This document shows positions 55,892-64,000 of a DNA stretch of 64,000 nucleotides, piece after piece. The stretch's first letter is position 1. Every line of letters begins with the position of its first letter. The translations under genes were made by a program, and so were the position numbers. Below the pieces are notes generated by a model. It had not been told where the DNA came from. It did no database searches and saw only the letters and a list, made by a program, of their open reading frames with translations. The stretch is from positions 8,065-72,064 of the forward strand of contig CAVPUX010000003.1 in NCBI GenBank assembly GCA_963709045.1, read 5' to 3'. The DNA is from an uncultured Acidobacteriaceae bacterium. Its GTDB lineage: Bacteria > Acidobacteriota > Terriglobia > Terriglobales > Acidobacteriaceae.

Positions 55892-56317
55892 GTGTGGGTG
55901 GCTGTTTATTTTATTTTCGTCGGAGTTGGCCTAGCCGCGGATGCCGCTGCGGTCCTCTGGGCATCGTACAGAGAAAAAATCGTCTCCTTGAGCACGGTGG
56001 ATATGGTTGCACCTTTCACGTTGTCGATCATGGCGACCCTTCTAGTACTGTTTGGCTCTGTAGGGATCGTGCGGAACTTGAGCCTGCGATCGCGTTTGTG
56101 GCTGGCCCTATCGTGTGGTGCATTCTTTTTGGCTGTGCCACTCCTAATGAGTGCCGCCGGTGCCGGGATGAATGTCCACGGCTGGACCTTTTACATGGTC
56201 TGGCCGACGATGCAAAGCCTCTTCGTCATGTTAGTTTCTCTGCTTTCAGTTTTGATTTCAGCGATTCGAAAGCGATTGCCTGTAGACGCCGAGCGGGTCG
56301 AGCGCAATAGCGGGTAG
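55892..56317 (+). CDS. hypothetical 4-TM membrane protein
   Basis: GTG-initiated 141-aa ORF with four hydrophobic segments. The competing ORF 55894-56310 is Arg/Cys-rich and unlikely to be coding. Confidence 0.5.
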   Translation: MWVAVYFIFVGVGLAADAAAVLWASYREKIVSLSTVDMVAPFTLSIMATLLVLFGSVGIVRNLSLRSRLWLALSCGAFFLAVPLLMSAAGAGMNVHGWTFYMVWPTMQSLFVMLVSLLSVLISAIRKRLPVDAERVERNSG

Positions 56318-56374
56318 CCTCGTCACGGCGATTCCGATGACGGGACAGGGCTGACGAACGCCTCGCAAAGAGTT

Positions 56375-57020
56375 CTAAAACCCTTGCGCAACCAAGCGCT
56401 CTACCGTGAGCGCGCCACTTTGCTCATCGCGGCGGGTCCACTTCTCCAGATACTTGGCGACGATGTCGGTCTCGATATTCACCGGATCGCCGGGCTTCAG
56501 CGAACCCAGGTTGGTCATCTTCACCGTGTGCGGGATGATGGCGATGGTCAGGCGCAGTCCTTCCAGCTTTGCCACGGTGAGGCTGATGCCTTCGATGGCG
56601 ATCGATCCCTTGAACACCACATACTTCTCAAGATCTTCTGGGATGTCGAGCAGTAGCCAGAAGTCGTCCGCATTGGCAATCGGTTCCAAGCCGACGAAGC
56701 GGCCTGTGCCGTCCACGTGTCCCTGCACCATGTGGCCGCCCATGCGGCCATCTGCTTTCAGCGGCAGCTCCAAGTTGACCAGAGCGCCCTGGGTGATGCG
56801 GGAAAGCGACGTGAGCCGCCAGGTTTCGGCGGCCAGGTCGGCGCAGAAGGATTGCGGTGTGATATCGAGCGCGGTCAGGCAGACGCCGCTGACGGCGACG
56901 CTGTTGCCTTCGCGCAACTCTTTTGCTGTGTTGGGAGCGTTGATGGTGATGCGGTGATTGCCGCCACGTTCGACAATGCGTCGCAATGGTTCCGACTTCT
57001 TCTACGAGTCCAGTAAACAT
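56375..57020 (-). CDS. ribE: riboflavin synthase; apparent frameshift after codon ~13
   Basis: ATG at 57020 encodes the invariant N-terminus MFTGLVEEVGTI and then goes out of frame. The rest (RRIVERGGNHRITINAP...GNSVAVSGVCLTAL...GGHMVQGHVDGTG...KGSIAIEGISLTV) is in the frame of track ORF 56375-56986. The junction is around 56980-56986. Confidence 0.85.
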
Positions 57021-57038
57021 GATGATGACCTCAAGAAA

Positions 57039-57218
57039 CGCTGTTCGCTATTCGCCTTTCGCCCTTAGCTTTCAGCCGTCAGCTCTCAGCTAAAGCTTAC
57101 CAACCCCAAATGAACTGCGCATTATCGATGCCTGTCACAACTGTTAACTGAATGCTGACAACTAATGGCTGAAAGCTTAAGCGAAAAGCGAAAAGCGAAA
57201 AGCCAACAGCGAACAGCG
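57039..57218. repeat. heptad-periodic long hairpin between ribD and ribE, no gene in the ~90-nt loop
   Basis: Left arm: cgctgttcgctattcgcctttcgcccttagctttcagcc. Right arm: ggctgaaagcttaagcgaaaagcgaaaagcgaaaagccaacagcgaacagcg. The ends are perfect complements (57039-57049 vs 57208-57218; gctttcagcc vs ggctgaaagc). The arms differ by two heptads. Confidence 0.9.
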
Positions 57219-57223
57219 ACCTC

Positions 57224-58456
57224 TTACGTCTCCTGCACCAGTTGAAGGTTATCCTCGTACGGATCGCGCAGGTAACCTTCCACGGCGAAGTCTTCGCCGA
57301 AGCGGTGCAGCACCAGCGATTTCACATAGGCCGCCTCGCTGATACGACGATATCCCGCGCCCAGGGCAAACGGCACAGAGCCGGTGCCGGCAAGAATCTT
57401 GGGAGCGTAATAAAAGAAAATCTTGTCCACAACACCCGCCGACAAAGCCGCCCAGTTCACCATGGCGCCGCCTTCGATAATCAGGCTGGTGATTTCGCGC
57501 TCGCCGAGGTTCGCTAACACTCCGTCGAGATCGGGACGGCCATCCGCTCCGGGCACGCTGCCAGGAAAGGGAATAGTACCGTCTTCCACGGGACGGCGCA
57601 TGGGGACCTGCTCTACCAATACGCCACGCGCTTCCAGTTCACGCCGCTTATTTTCTTCGGCAAAGCAGCAGTAGACGATGAGATCTTCCCGCGCCGTCTT
57701 GACCACGCGCGAGTCGAGTGGCAAACGCAGGCGCGAGTCGAGGATCACGCGCAGCAGCGGCCTGCGGCGGAGAAGCGCAGTGCGGTCGGTGAGCAGTGGA
57801 TCGTCGGCGATGATGGTGCCCACTCCGACCATGATGGCATCGTTGGTGTGCCGCAACTCCTGCACATGGGCCCGCGCTTCCTCGCTGGTGATCCAGCCAC
57901 CGCTCGCAGTCAGCGATCTCAGAGCGTCCTGCGTTGTGCCTTCTCCTGGAGGCGGGGCAATCTTGCCGTCGAGCGTCATCGCCGTCTTCAGGGTGACAAA
58001 CGGAATCTTATGACGGATATATTTCGCAAAGGACTCGTTCAGCTTCTTCGCTTCAATCTCTCCCAGGCCTTCCTGCACGTCGATTCCGGCGTCGCGCAAG
58101 CGGGCGAGTCCTTGTCCCGCAACCGCCGGGTTGGGATCGCGCATGGCGACGAAGACGCGCTTCACGCCAGCGGCAATGATGGCATCAGCGCACGGACCGG
58201 TGCGTCCCACATGAGAACAGGGTTCGAGGTTGATATAGAGCGTGGCGCCACGGCTGCGATCGCCACCGGCCTCAAGGGCCAGAATTTCCGCATGTTTGCG
58301 GCCCTCGTAGGTGTGCGTACCGCGGCCGGCGATCTTCCCCTTGGCATCGACCAGGACCGCGCCAACACACGGGTTGGGAGAAGCCAGAGCGATGCCTTTG
58401 CGGGCGAGCTCCAGCGCTTGCTGAATGAACTGCTCGTCGGTTGAGGCCTTACTCAT
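57224..58456 (-). CDS. ribD: bifunctional diaminohydroxyphosphoribosylaminopyrimidine deaminase / 5-amino-6-(5-phosphoribosylamino)uracil reductase
   Basis: Deaminase zinc motifs HAEILAL and LEPCSHVGRTGPC, with a C-terminal reductase domain (VTLKTAMTLDGKIA...IIEGGA). Confidence 0.95.
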   Translation of the reverse strand: MSKASTDEQFIQQALELARKGIALASPNPCVGAVLVDAKGKIAGRGTHTYEGRKHAEILALEAGGDRSRGATLYINLEPCSHVGRTGPCADAIIAAGVKRVFVAMRDPNPAVAGQGLARLRDAGIDVQEGLGEIEAKKLNESFAKYIRHKIPFVTLKTAMTLDGKIAPPPGEGTTQDALRSLTASGGWITSEEARAHVQELRHTNDAIMVGVGTIIADDPLLTDRTALLRRRPLLRVILDSRLRLPLDSRVVKTAREDLIVYCCFAEENKRRELEARGVLVEQVPMRRPVEDGTIPFPGSVPGADGRPDLDGVLANLGEREITSLIIEGGAMVNWAALSAGVVDKIFFYYAPKILAGTGSVPFALGAGYRRISEAAYVKSLVLHRFGEDFAVEGYLRDPYEDNLQLVQET

Positions 58457-59407
58457 TTAATTGAACAGCGAATCCACGAAGTCCCGCGGATTGAAGGGCA
58501 GCAGGTCGCCTACCTTCTCGCCAACGCCAACGTAACGCACCGGCAGGCCAAGCTCCTTCGAGATAGCCACCACCACTCCGCCCTTGGCGGTGCCGTCAAG
58601 TTTGGTGAGCACGATGCCGGTCACGCCGGCCGATTGGGTAAACAACCGAGCTTGCTGCAAGCCGTTCTGGCCGGTGGTCGCGTCCATCACCAGCAGTGTT
58701 TCATGGGGAGCGTTAGCGCTGAGGCGTTGCGCGGTGCGCCGCATCTTCGCCAGTTCGTCCATCAGGCTGGACTTAGTGTGCAGGCGGCCGGCGGTGTCGA
58801 CGATGACGTAGTCGGTGGAACGGGCTTTGGCTGCCTGCATGGCGTCAAAGAGCACCGCCGCGGGATCGCCGCCCGGCTTGTTCTTGATGACTTCGGTCCC
58901 GGTGCGATCGCCCCAGATCTCAAGCTGCTCGATGGCCGCGGCGCGAAAGGTGTCTGCGGCCGCCAGCAGTACGGTTTTGCCCTGGCCGCGCAACGTATGC
59001 GCCAGCTTGCCGATGGTGGTCGTCTTTCCGACGCCATTCACGCCGACCACCAGGATGACCTCGGGCTCGCCGTCAACTTTTTGCACCGGCCGCTTGTCGG
59101 TGGTATCCAGGATGGCGAGCAGTTCGTCCTTCAGCACGCGCTTCAATTCCTCGACATTGCCCACCTGCTTGCGATCGACTTTCTCGCGCAAGGCCGCCAG
59201 CACGGTCGAAGTTGTCGCAGTGCCGAGATCGGCGGTGAGGAGGGTTGCTTCCAGGTCGTCGAGGGTGTCGCGGTCGATCTCTTTGCGGATGGCGACCACT
59301 TCTTCGATCCGATCGCTAAGGGTCTCGCGCGTACGCGTGACCGCCTCTTTCATGCGTTGCAGGAAACTAGGTTTTTCTTCGGTACTGCCAAATAGGGTTT
59401 GAATCAT
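58457..59407 (-). CDS. ftsY: signal recognition particle receptor FtsY (short form)
   Basis: [27 protein letters not shown]. GTPase motifs [21 protein letters not shown] and [10 protein letters not shown]. The stop abuts the ribD ATG with no gap. Alternative starts are at 59428 and 59581. Confidence 0.9.
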   Translation of the reverse strand: MIQTLFGSTEEKPSFLQRMKEAVTRTRETLSDRIEEVVAIRKEIDRDTLDDLEATLLTADLGTATTSTVLAALREKVDRKQVGNVEELKRVLKDELLAILDTTDKRPVQKVDGEPEVILVVGVNGVGKTTTIGKLAHTLRGQGKTVLLAAADTFRAAAIEQLEIWGDRTGTEVIKNKPGGDPAAVLFDAMQAAKARSTDYVIVDTAGRLHTKSSLMDELAKMRRTAQRLSANAPHETLLVMDATTGQNGLQQARLFTQSAGVTGIVLTKLDGTAKGGVVVAISKELGLPVRYVGVGEKVGDLLPFNPRDFVDSLFN

Positions 59408-59611
59408 GAAGGAATCCGTCGCGGACATCGCAAAATATGTCTCGATAGAGCTAACTGCCGCTCGCACGAGAGCAATCTGTCGCGAAAATCCATTATAGAC
59501 ACGCGGTTGCACTGCTGCTTTGGTCGGCTGTCGTGATCTTGTGTGCCGGATTGCGGGAATCTGTGCTACCCGCCAATTCATCCAAGATAAATATTCTTAC
59601 GAGGAGACCTC

Positions 59612-59866
59612 ATGGCGAAGTGTGAGCACGTAAAGCAAGCCAATACGAACGTGCAAGCCAGCAGTGATGTTTGCCAGGCCTGTGTCGATGCCGGATTGCG
59701 CTGGGTGCAGCTCCGCAAATGTTTGACTTGCGGGCACGTGGGTTGTTGCGATTCCTCCGCCGGCCAGCATGCGAATAAACACTTCAAGGCGACCGGACAT
59801 CCGGTAATGCAAGCGTTCAGGTCCGGCGACTGGAAATGGTGTTATGTGGACGAGGCGTACGTGTGA
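59612..59866 (+). CDS. UBP-type zinc-finger protein
   Basis: GAGGAG RBS, 84 aa. CEH....C..C......W..LR.CL.CGHVGCCDSS...HA.KH...TGHP. Confidence 0.8.
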   Translation: MAKCEHVKQANTNVQASSDVCQACVDAGLRWVQLRKCLTCGHVGCCDSSAGQHANKHFKATGHPVMQAFRSGDWKWCYVDEAYV

Positions 59867-59870
59867 GGGG

Positions 59871-59908
59871 CGCTGTTCGCTCTTTGCTTTTCGCTCTCGC
59901 AGGATTGG
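59871..59908. repeat. TTCGC-type heptad array (unpaired)
   Basis: gctgttc gctcttt gcttttc gctctcg, between convergent genes. Confidence 0.7.
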
Positions 59909-59938
59909 CGATTCGCTGCGAACGGGCTAACGAAGAAG

Positions 59939-60343
59939 TCAGTTTTGGCGCAGCCAGTTTTCGCGACGAAGCCCATTAATCTGCGCGAACTCCCTTTCGT
60001 TGTCGGTGACGATGGTGTAACCAAGAGCCATTGCCTGGGCGGCGATAAGCAAGTCATTTGCGCCAACCGGTCTGCCAGCCTGTTCAAGTCGGGCACGCAC
60101 CAGACCGTAGGTGGAATCAGCAGGTGACTCGAAGGGCACGATTTCAAGCGCGCCGAGCACCGCTTCCAGTTGTGAGGTGAGCCGCAAAGACTGTTTCTTC
60201 GCGGCGCCGTAACGCAGTTCTGCGGAAACGATGATGCTGGTGCAGACTTGCGCCTCCCCGATCTTGCGGATGTATTGTGCAACGCGGCCCTGCGGGTTGC
60301 GGACCAGGTCCGAGACGATGTTGGTATCCAGTAAGTAGCGCAT
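59939..60343 (-). CDS. vapC: type II toxin VapC (PIN-domain ribonuclease)
   Basis: MRYLLDTNIVSDL...SAELRYG...NDLLIAAQA......TDN..EF: the four acidic PIN residues are in context. Confidence 0.9.
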   Translation of the reverse strand: MRYLLDTNIVSDLVRNPQGRVAQYIRKIGEAQVCTSIIVSAELRYGAAKKQSLRLTSQLEAVLGALEIVPFESPADSTYGLVRARLEQAGRPVGANDLLIAAQAMALGYTIVTDNEREFAQINGLRRENWLRQN

Positions 60344-60576
60344 CAGAGATCAACCGGATCGGGCGGCAGGTCGGACAGGGGCGGGAAATCCTCGGCGAGA
60401 GTTTCCAGACTCGCAAGTACCGTTAGCAGAGACTTGGGCGATGCGGGTTCAATGATCAGGCGCTCGCCTTCCTTGCGCATGATGGCTTCCTCGCCTGGGA
60501 GTTCGAACTCACGGGGGATACGAACGGCTTGGTTTCTACCGTTCTTGAAGAGTCTGACATGCCGCTCAGCAGCCAT
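60343..60576 (-). CDS. vapB: type II antitoxin VapB (AbrB/SpoVT-type)
   Basis: MAAERHVRLFKNGRNQAVRIPREFELPG. The stop overlaps the vapC ATG (TGATG). Alternative start at 60594 lies inside the palindrome gacatatgtc (60590-60599). Confidence 0.85.
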   Translation of the reverse strand: MAAERHVRLFKNGRNQAVRIPREFELPGEEAIMRKEGERLIIEPASPKSLLTVLASLETLAEDFPPLSDLPPDPVDL

Positions 60577-60692
60577 ACGCGAATCCTTTGACATATGTCA
60601 AGAGCATATGCCAGCCAGACTCGTATTTCAAGTTCTTCGAGCGTAGGTGGCTCTTATGTGTCGATTCTTGAATTTGTGTACTCTGTAGTGAG

Positions 60693-63465
60693 TTGTGGGG
60701 AACTTCCACAGCGTTTCTGATAACCCAATGGCTTTTTCCAGACCTGACCAAATTGCGTCTAGTCAGTGATCGCCCGGCTATGCCTGCTGCTCGCTGTTCT
60801 CATGCGCGACGAGCTTTCGCCCAAGTTCCATCTCCCTGGGTCGATACCAAGCCGCTTGCGGTCGATAGCGGCGACACCGGCCTTAAGGAGATGTTGCGCC
60901 GCCTGCATACCACGGCACGGCTCATGCACACCGTCGCGCATCCTGACGACGAAGACGGCGGCATGCTTACCCTCGAATCTCGCGGGCATGGCGTGACCGC
61001 ACTGCAACTCACATTGAATCGCGGCGAAGGCGGGCAAAACAAAATTGGCAGCAATCTGCTGGATGAACTCGGTATCGTCCGCACCTTGGAGTTGCTGGCG
61101 GCCGACCGTTACTACGGAGTCGAGCAGCGTTTCACTCGGGTTGCCGATTTCGGATTCTCCAAGACGCCGGAAGAAACCTTCCAGATGTGGCACGGCCACG
61201 ATGTTGCGCTGGGCGACATGGTGCGCGTGATTCGCACCTTCCGTCCCGATGTGATCTGCACCCGCTTTCAGGGCAACAGCCGCGACGGCCACGGCAACCA
61301 TCAGGCGTCGGGAATTCTGACGCGAGAAGCCTTTCGCGCGGCCGCCGATCCGGCGCGCTTTCCTGAGCAGGTTCGCGAAGGACTGCGACCCTGGCAGGCG
61401 AAAAAGCTCTACATGGACAACGTTCGCGGTACGGAAGATTGGACCATCGAGCTGGACACTTCGCAGTTCGACCCGCTGCTGGGCGAAACCTATGTGCAAT
61501 TCGCCTGGAAGGGGCTGAAGCACCAGCTTTCGCAGGGAGCCGGCGGATGGACGCTGCCCGAGGGCCGGCGCACCAGCTACTACAAGCTGATCGATTCGGT
61601 GTTGCCGAATGCGCCGGTTGCAGGTGCGCATGAGAAAGATTTCTTCGATGGGATCGATACGTCGTTACCCGGCCTGGCGACACGGCTTGGCGGCTGATCA
61701 GGCGAAAGCCCCGTGGCTAGCTCCGCAGCTCGACGCGATTGCGAAAACGGTGGATGAGGCCACCACTGCGACGCAGACCAACGATCAAGCGGCGGCCAAG
61801 CCACTGCTGCACGGCTTGGAGCTGACGCGCGCGCTGATCGGCAAAGTTGAGCAATCGACGCTGCCGGCTGTGGAGAAAGCCGACTTGCTGGCTTCGTTGC
61901 GTACCAAGCAACACCAGTTTGAAGAGGCCGCCAATCTGGCGCTGGGACTCGATCTCGGCGTTGGGCCGGGCACGCCAGACGGGCGCCCCATGGCGGAAAA
62001 CTTTCCGACCTCAAATGGTGACGTACTGGCCGCAGTCATTACGGCAGGGAAGTCCTTCCTGCTTCTGGCAAAGCTGCACAATGGCAGCGCGCTGCCGCTC
62101 GATCTGAAGCAGCTTACGCTGGATGTTCCGCCCGGCTGGAAGGCCGAGCTGTTCATGGACCAGGTGCCTAAGCGAATTGGGCCCGGCGACGGTTGTGCTG
62201 TCACCTTCCGCGTGACGCCGCCCGCGGACGCACAGCTTACCAAGGCTTACTTCCATCGCGACAATCCCGAGACCGATGCCATCTACCAGATCGACAATCC
62301 CGAGTATGTGACCCTCGCGTTGCCGCCGCCGCCGGTAGCGGCGCATGCGGTGTACAGCGTCAACGGCGAACAAGGTGAAATTCGTAGCTTTGCGCGAACG
62401 CCCGTCCATGACACCCATGGCGAGGCTTGGTCCATGCCGCTGGCCGTGGTGCCACCGTTTTCGGTGGAGACCTCGCCTGCCACGCAGATCGTTCCCGCGG
62501 GATCGAATCCGTCAGCGCAGTTGAGCGTGATGGTGCAATCGACGGTAGCGAACGGCAAGGGGATGGTGCATCCCGAAGTACCGTCGGCATGGAAGGTCGA
62601 ACCGCCGTCGGCCCCGGTCGAGTTCAGCAAGACCGGCGAACAGGCTGCCGAATTCAAGATTCTGCCGGATGGCGCGAAAGAAGCTCGCTATCAGGTCCGC
62701 GCCTTGCTGAATGCCAATGAACGCGATTACAGCGAAGGCTATAGCTTGGTTACGCGGCCCGATCTTGGCGGCTTCTTCTATTACCAGCCCGCGTTGCAGC
62801 GTGCCAGCGTCGTGGAGGTGAAGGTCCCGCAGGGGCTGAAGATCGGCTATCTCATGGGAGCGGGGGACGACATTCCTATTGTCTTGCAGCAGGTCGGCCT
62901 GGACGTCACCGCGCTGACCCCAGACGATCTTGAGCGCGGCGACCTCTCGCGCTTTGGGACGATTGTGCTTGGCATTCGGGCCTACGACACGCGTGATGAT
63001 CTGAAGAAGCACAATCAACGGCTGCTTGACTACGTGCGCAACGGCGGCACGCTGCTGGTGCAGTACAACACCTCGCCCGGTGACTTTAACGCCGGACACT
63101 ACCTGCCCTATCCGGCGCAACTTAGCCGCGAGCGCGTGACGGTGGAGGAAGCGCCGGTCACCATTCTTGATCCGCAAAGCCCGGTCTTCCACTATCCCAA
63201 CCAGATTACGCAGCATGATTTTGATGGCTGGGTACAAGAGCGTGGCTTGTACTTCATGGACCAATGGGACTCGCACTTCACGCCGCTGCTGGCCTGCAAC
63301 GATCCGGGCGAGTCTCCACAAAAAGGCGGCCTTCTGCTGGCGCAATACGGCAAGGGATACTACATGTACACCGGATACGCCTTCTTCCGTCAGTTGCCCT
63401 TCGGCGTACCAGGAGCCATCCGTCTCTACGTGAACCTGCTGAGCGTGGGACATGAGCCCAAGTAG
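60693..63465 (+). CDS. large PIG-L (LmbE-like) family deacetylase; apparent frameshift near 61692, N-terminus uncertain
   Basis: The PIG-L motif VAHPDDEDGG and HGNHQASG are in frame 1, which ends ...DTSLPGLATRLGG-stop (61697). The continuation DQAKAPWLAPQLDAIAKTVDEA... to 63465 is in the +1 frame. Removing one g from ggcggc (61689-94) fuses them. Confidence 0.75.
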
Positions 63466-64000
63466 TCCGCCCGACCAGCCTGAACTGATTCGCGGCGTCG
63501 GACTGGCGGGCGCGACCACGCTGAACATGATTGACATGATCGGCGTGGGGCCGTTCATCACCATCTCGCTGATTGTGAGCGCGGCGGGTGGACCGCAAGC
63601 CATGCTGGGATGGATTCTGGGCGCGATCTTCGCGTTATGCGATGGACTGGTGTGGGCCGAACTGGGCGCGGCCATGCCGGGCGCCGGCGGTTCCTATCGC
63701 TATCTCAAGGAAATCTACGGACCGCAAACCATGGGACGGCTGCTGTCGTTCCTTTTCATCTGGCAACTCTCGTTCAGTGCGCCACTGTCGGTTGCATCAG
63801 GGTGTATCGGACTGTCGCACTACGCCGCATATCTTTGGCCCGGCCTGGAGCACACGCTCATGGAACACACGCTCCACGCGGGCGTCCCGGTGCTGGGCGC
63901 GCTCGATGTCCGACTGGTGCTGATGCCGGGTACGTTCGTCGCGATCGCGACTTGTGCTCTCGTAGTTATCCTGCTGTATAGGCGAATCACGGCGGTTGCC
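63452..64000 (+). CDS. APC-superfamily amino acid permease, N-terminal part (runs off window end)
   Basis: Open frame not in the track because it has no stop. MSPSSPPDQPELIRGVGLAGATTLNMIDMIGVGPFITISLIVSAAGGPQAMLGWILGAIFALCDGLVWAELGAAMPGAGGSYRYLKEIYG.... It overlaps the preceding stop by 14 nt. Confidence 0.8.
   Translation, partial: MSPSSPPDQPELIRGVGLAGATTLNMIDMIGVGPFITISLIVSAAGGPQAMLGWILGAIFALCDGLVWAELGAAMPGAGGSYRYLKEIYGPQTMGRLLSFLFIWQLSFSAPLSVASGCIGLSHYAAYLWPGLEHTLMEHTLHAGVPVLGALDVRLVLMPGTFVAIATCALVVILLYRRITAVA

Noticed and set aside
59408-59611. FMN (RFN) riboswitch upstream of the ftsY-ribD-ribE unit or in the ribD-ribE spacer
   Set aside because: None of the conserved RFN helices or sequence boxes were recognisable on the minus strand by eye. 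The ribD-ribE spacer is fully explained by the heptad hairpin.
62512-63675. 387-aa minus-strand ORF overlapping the PIG-L C-terminus and the APC permease start
   Set aside because: It is an antisense shadow. Both plus-strand genes have family-typical sequences.
1-64000. tRNA, rRNA, transposase, integrase or prophage genes
   Set aside because: No T-loop or acceptor-stem patterns were seen in intergenic regions. No ORF has DDE/tyrosine-recombinase or phage structural features. Mobile-element-like content is limited to small non-autonomous repeats.

Overview
This is a GC-rich (~58-60%) chromosomal segment. Its gene content points to an Acidobacteriota (Terriglobia-like) genome, which is an inference from family content and not a database hit. 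The supporting families are an HpnJ-like hopanoid radical-SAM enzyme, the futalosine menaquinone genes mqnA/mqnC, a VWA protein of the acidobacterial type, a YncE-propeller/phosphoesterase fusion and a large PIG-L deacetylase.

I can support about 60 protein-coding genes.
- Housekeeping: queF, trxB, a purine nucleoside phosphorylase, udk, cutA, ftsB, dprA, topA, mobA, ribE, ribD and ftsY.
- Signalling: a partial histidine kinase, one HK/OmpR pair, and a STAS/anti-sigma-kinase pair with a distant PP2C phosphatase.
- Envelope and transport: an adaptor-TPR-TolC operon, MFS, MlaE/MlaF, GT2, GT39 and TMTC-like glycosyltransferases.
- One vapBC toxin-antitoxin pair.

I found no rRNA, tRNA, CRISPR array, transposase, integrase or prophage.

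The unusual content falls into three groups.
1. A lipoprotein (40925-42448) carries a full set of pepsin-family motifs, including two DTG sites. It is fused to an Ig-like domain and paired with a small exported protein.
2. At least four families of intergenic repeats are present. The most striking is a set of GC-anchored 7-nt-periodic arrays that form long hairpins. One hairpin, in the dprA-topA spacer, encloses a decayed four-helix-bundle (23S-rRNA-IVS/Avd-like) gene.
3. A pentapeptide-repeat/TIR gene is broken by at least six frame changes and is flanked by repeats.

Four otherwise conserved genes (TMTC-like, VWA, ribE, PIG-L) each show a single-nucleotide frameshift. Because ribE is normally essential, assembly indels are a serious alternative to true pseudogenes. 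All coordinates for alternative starts and frameshift sites come from manual translation and should be treated as approximate.
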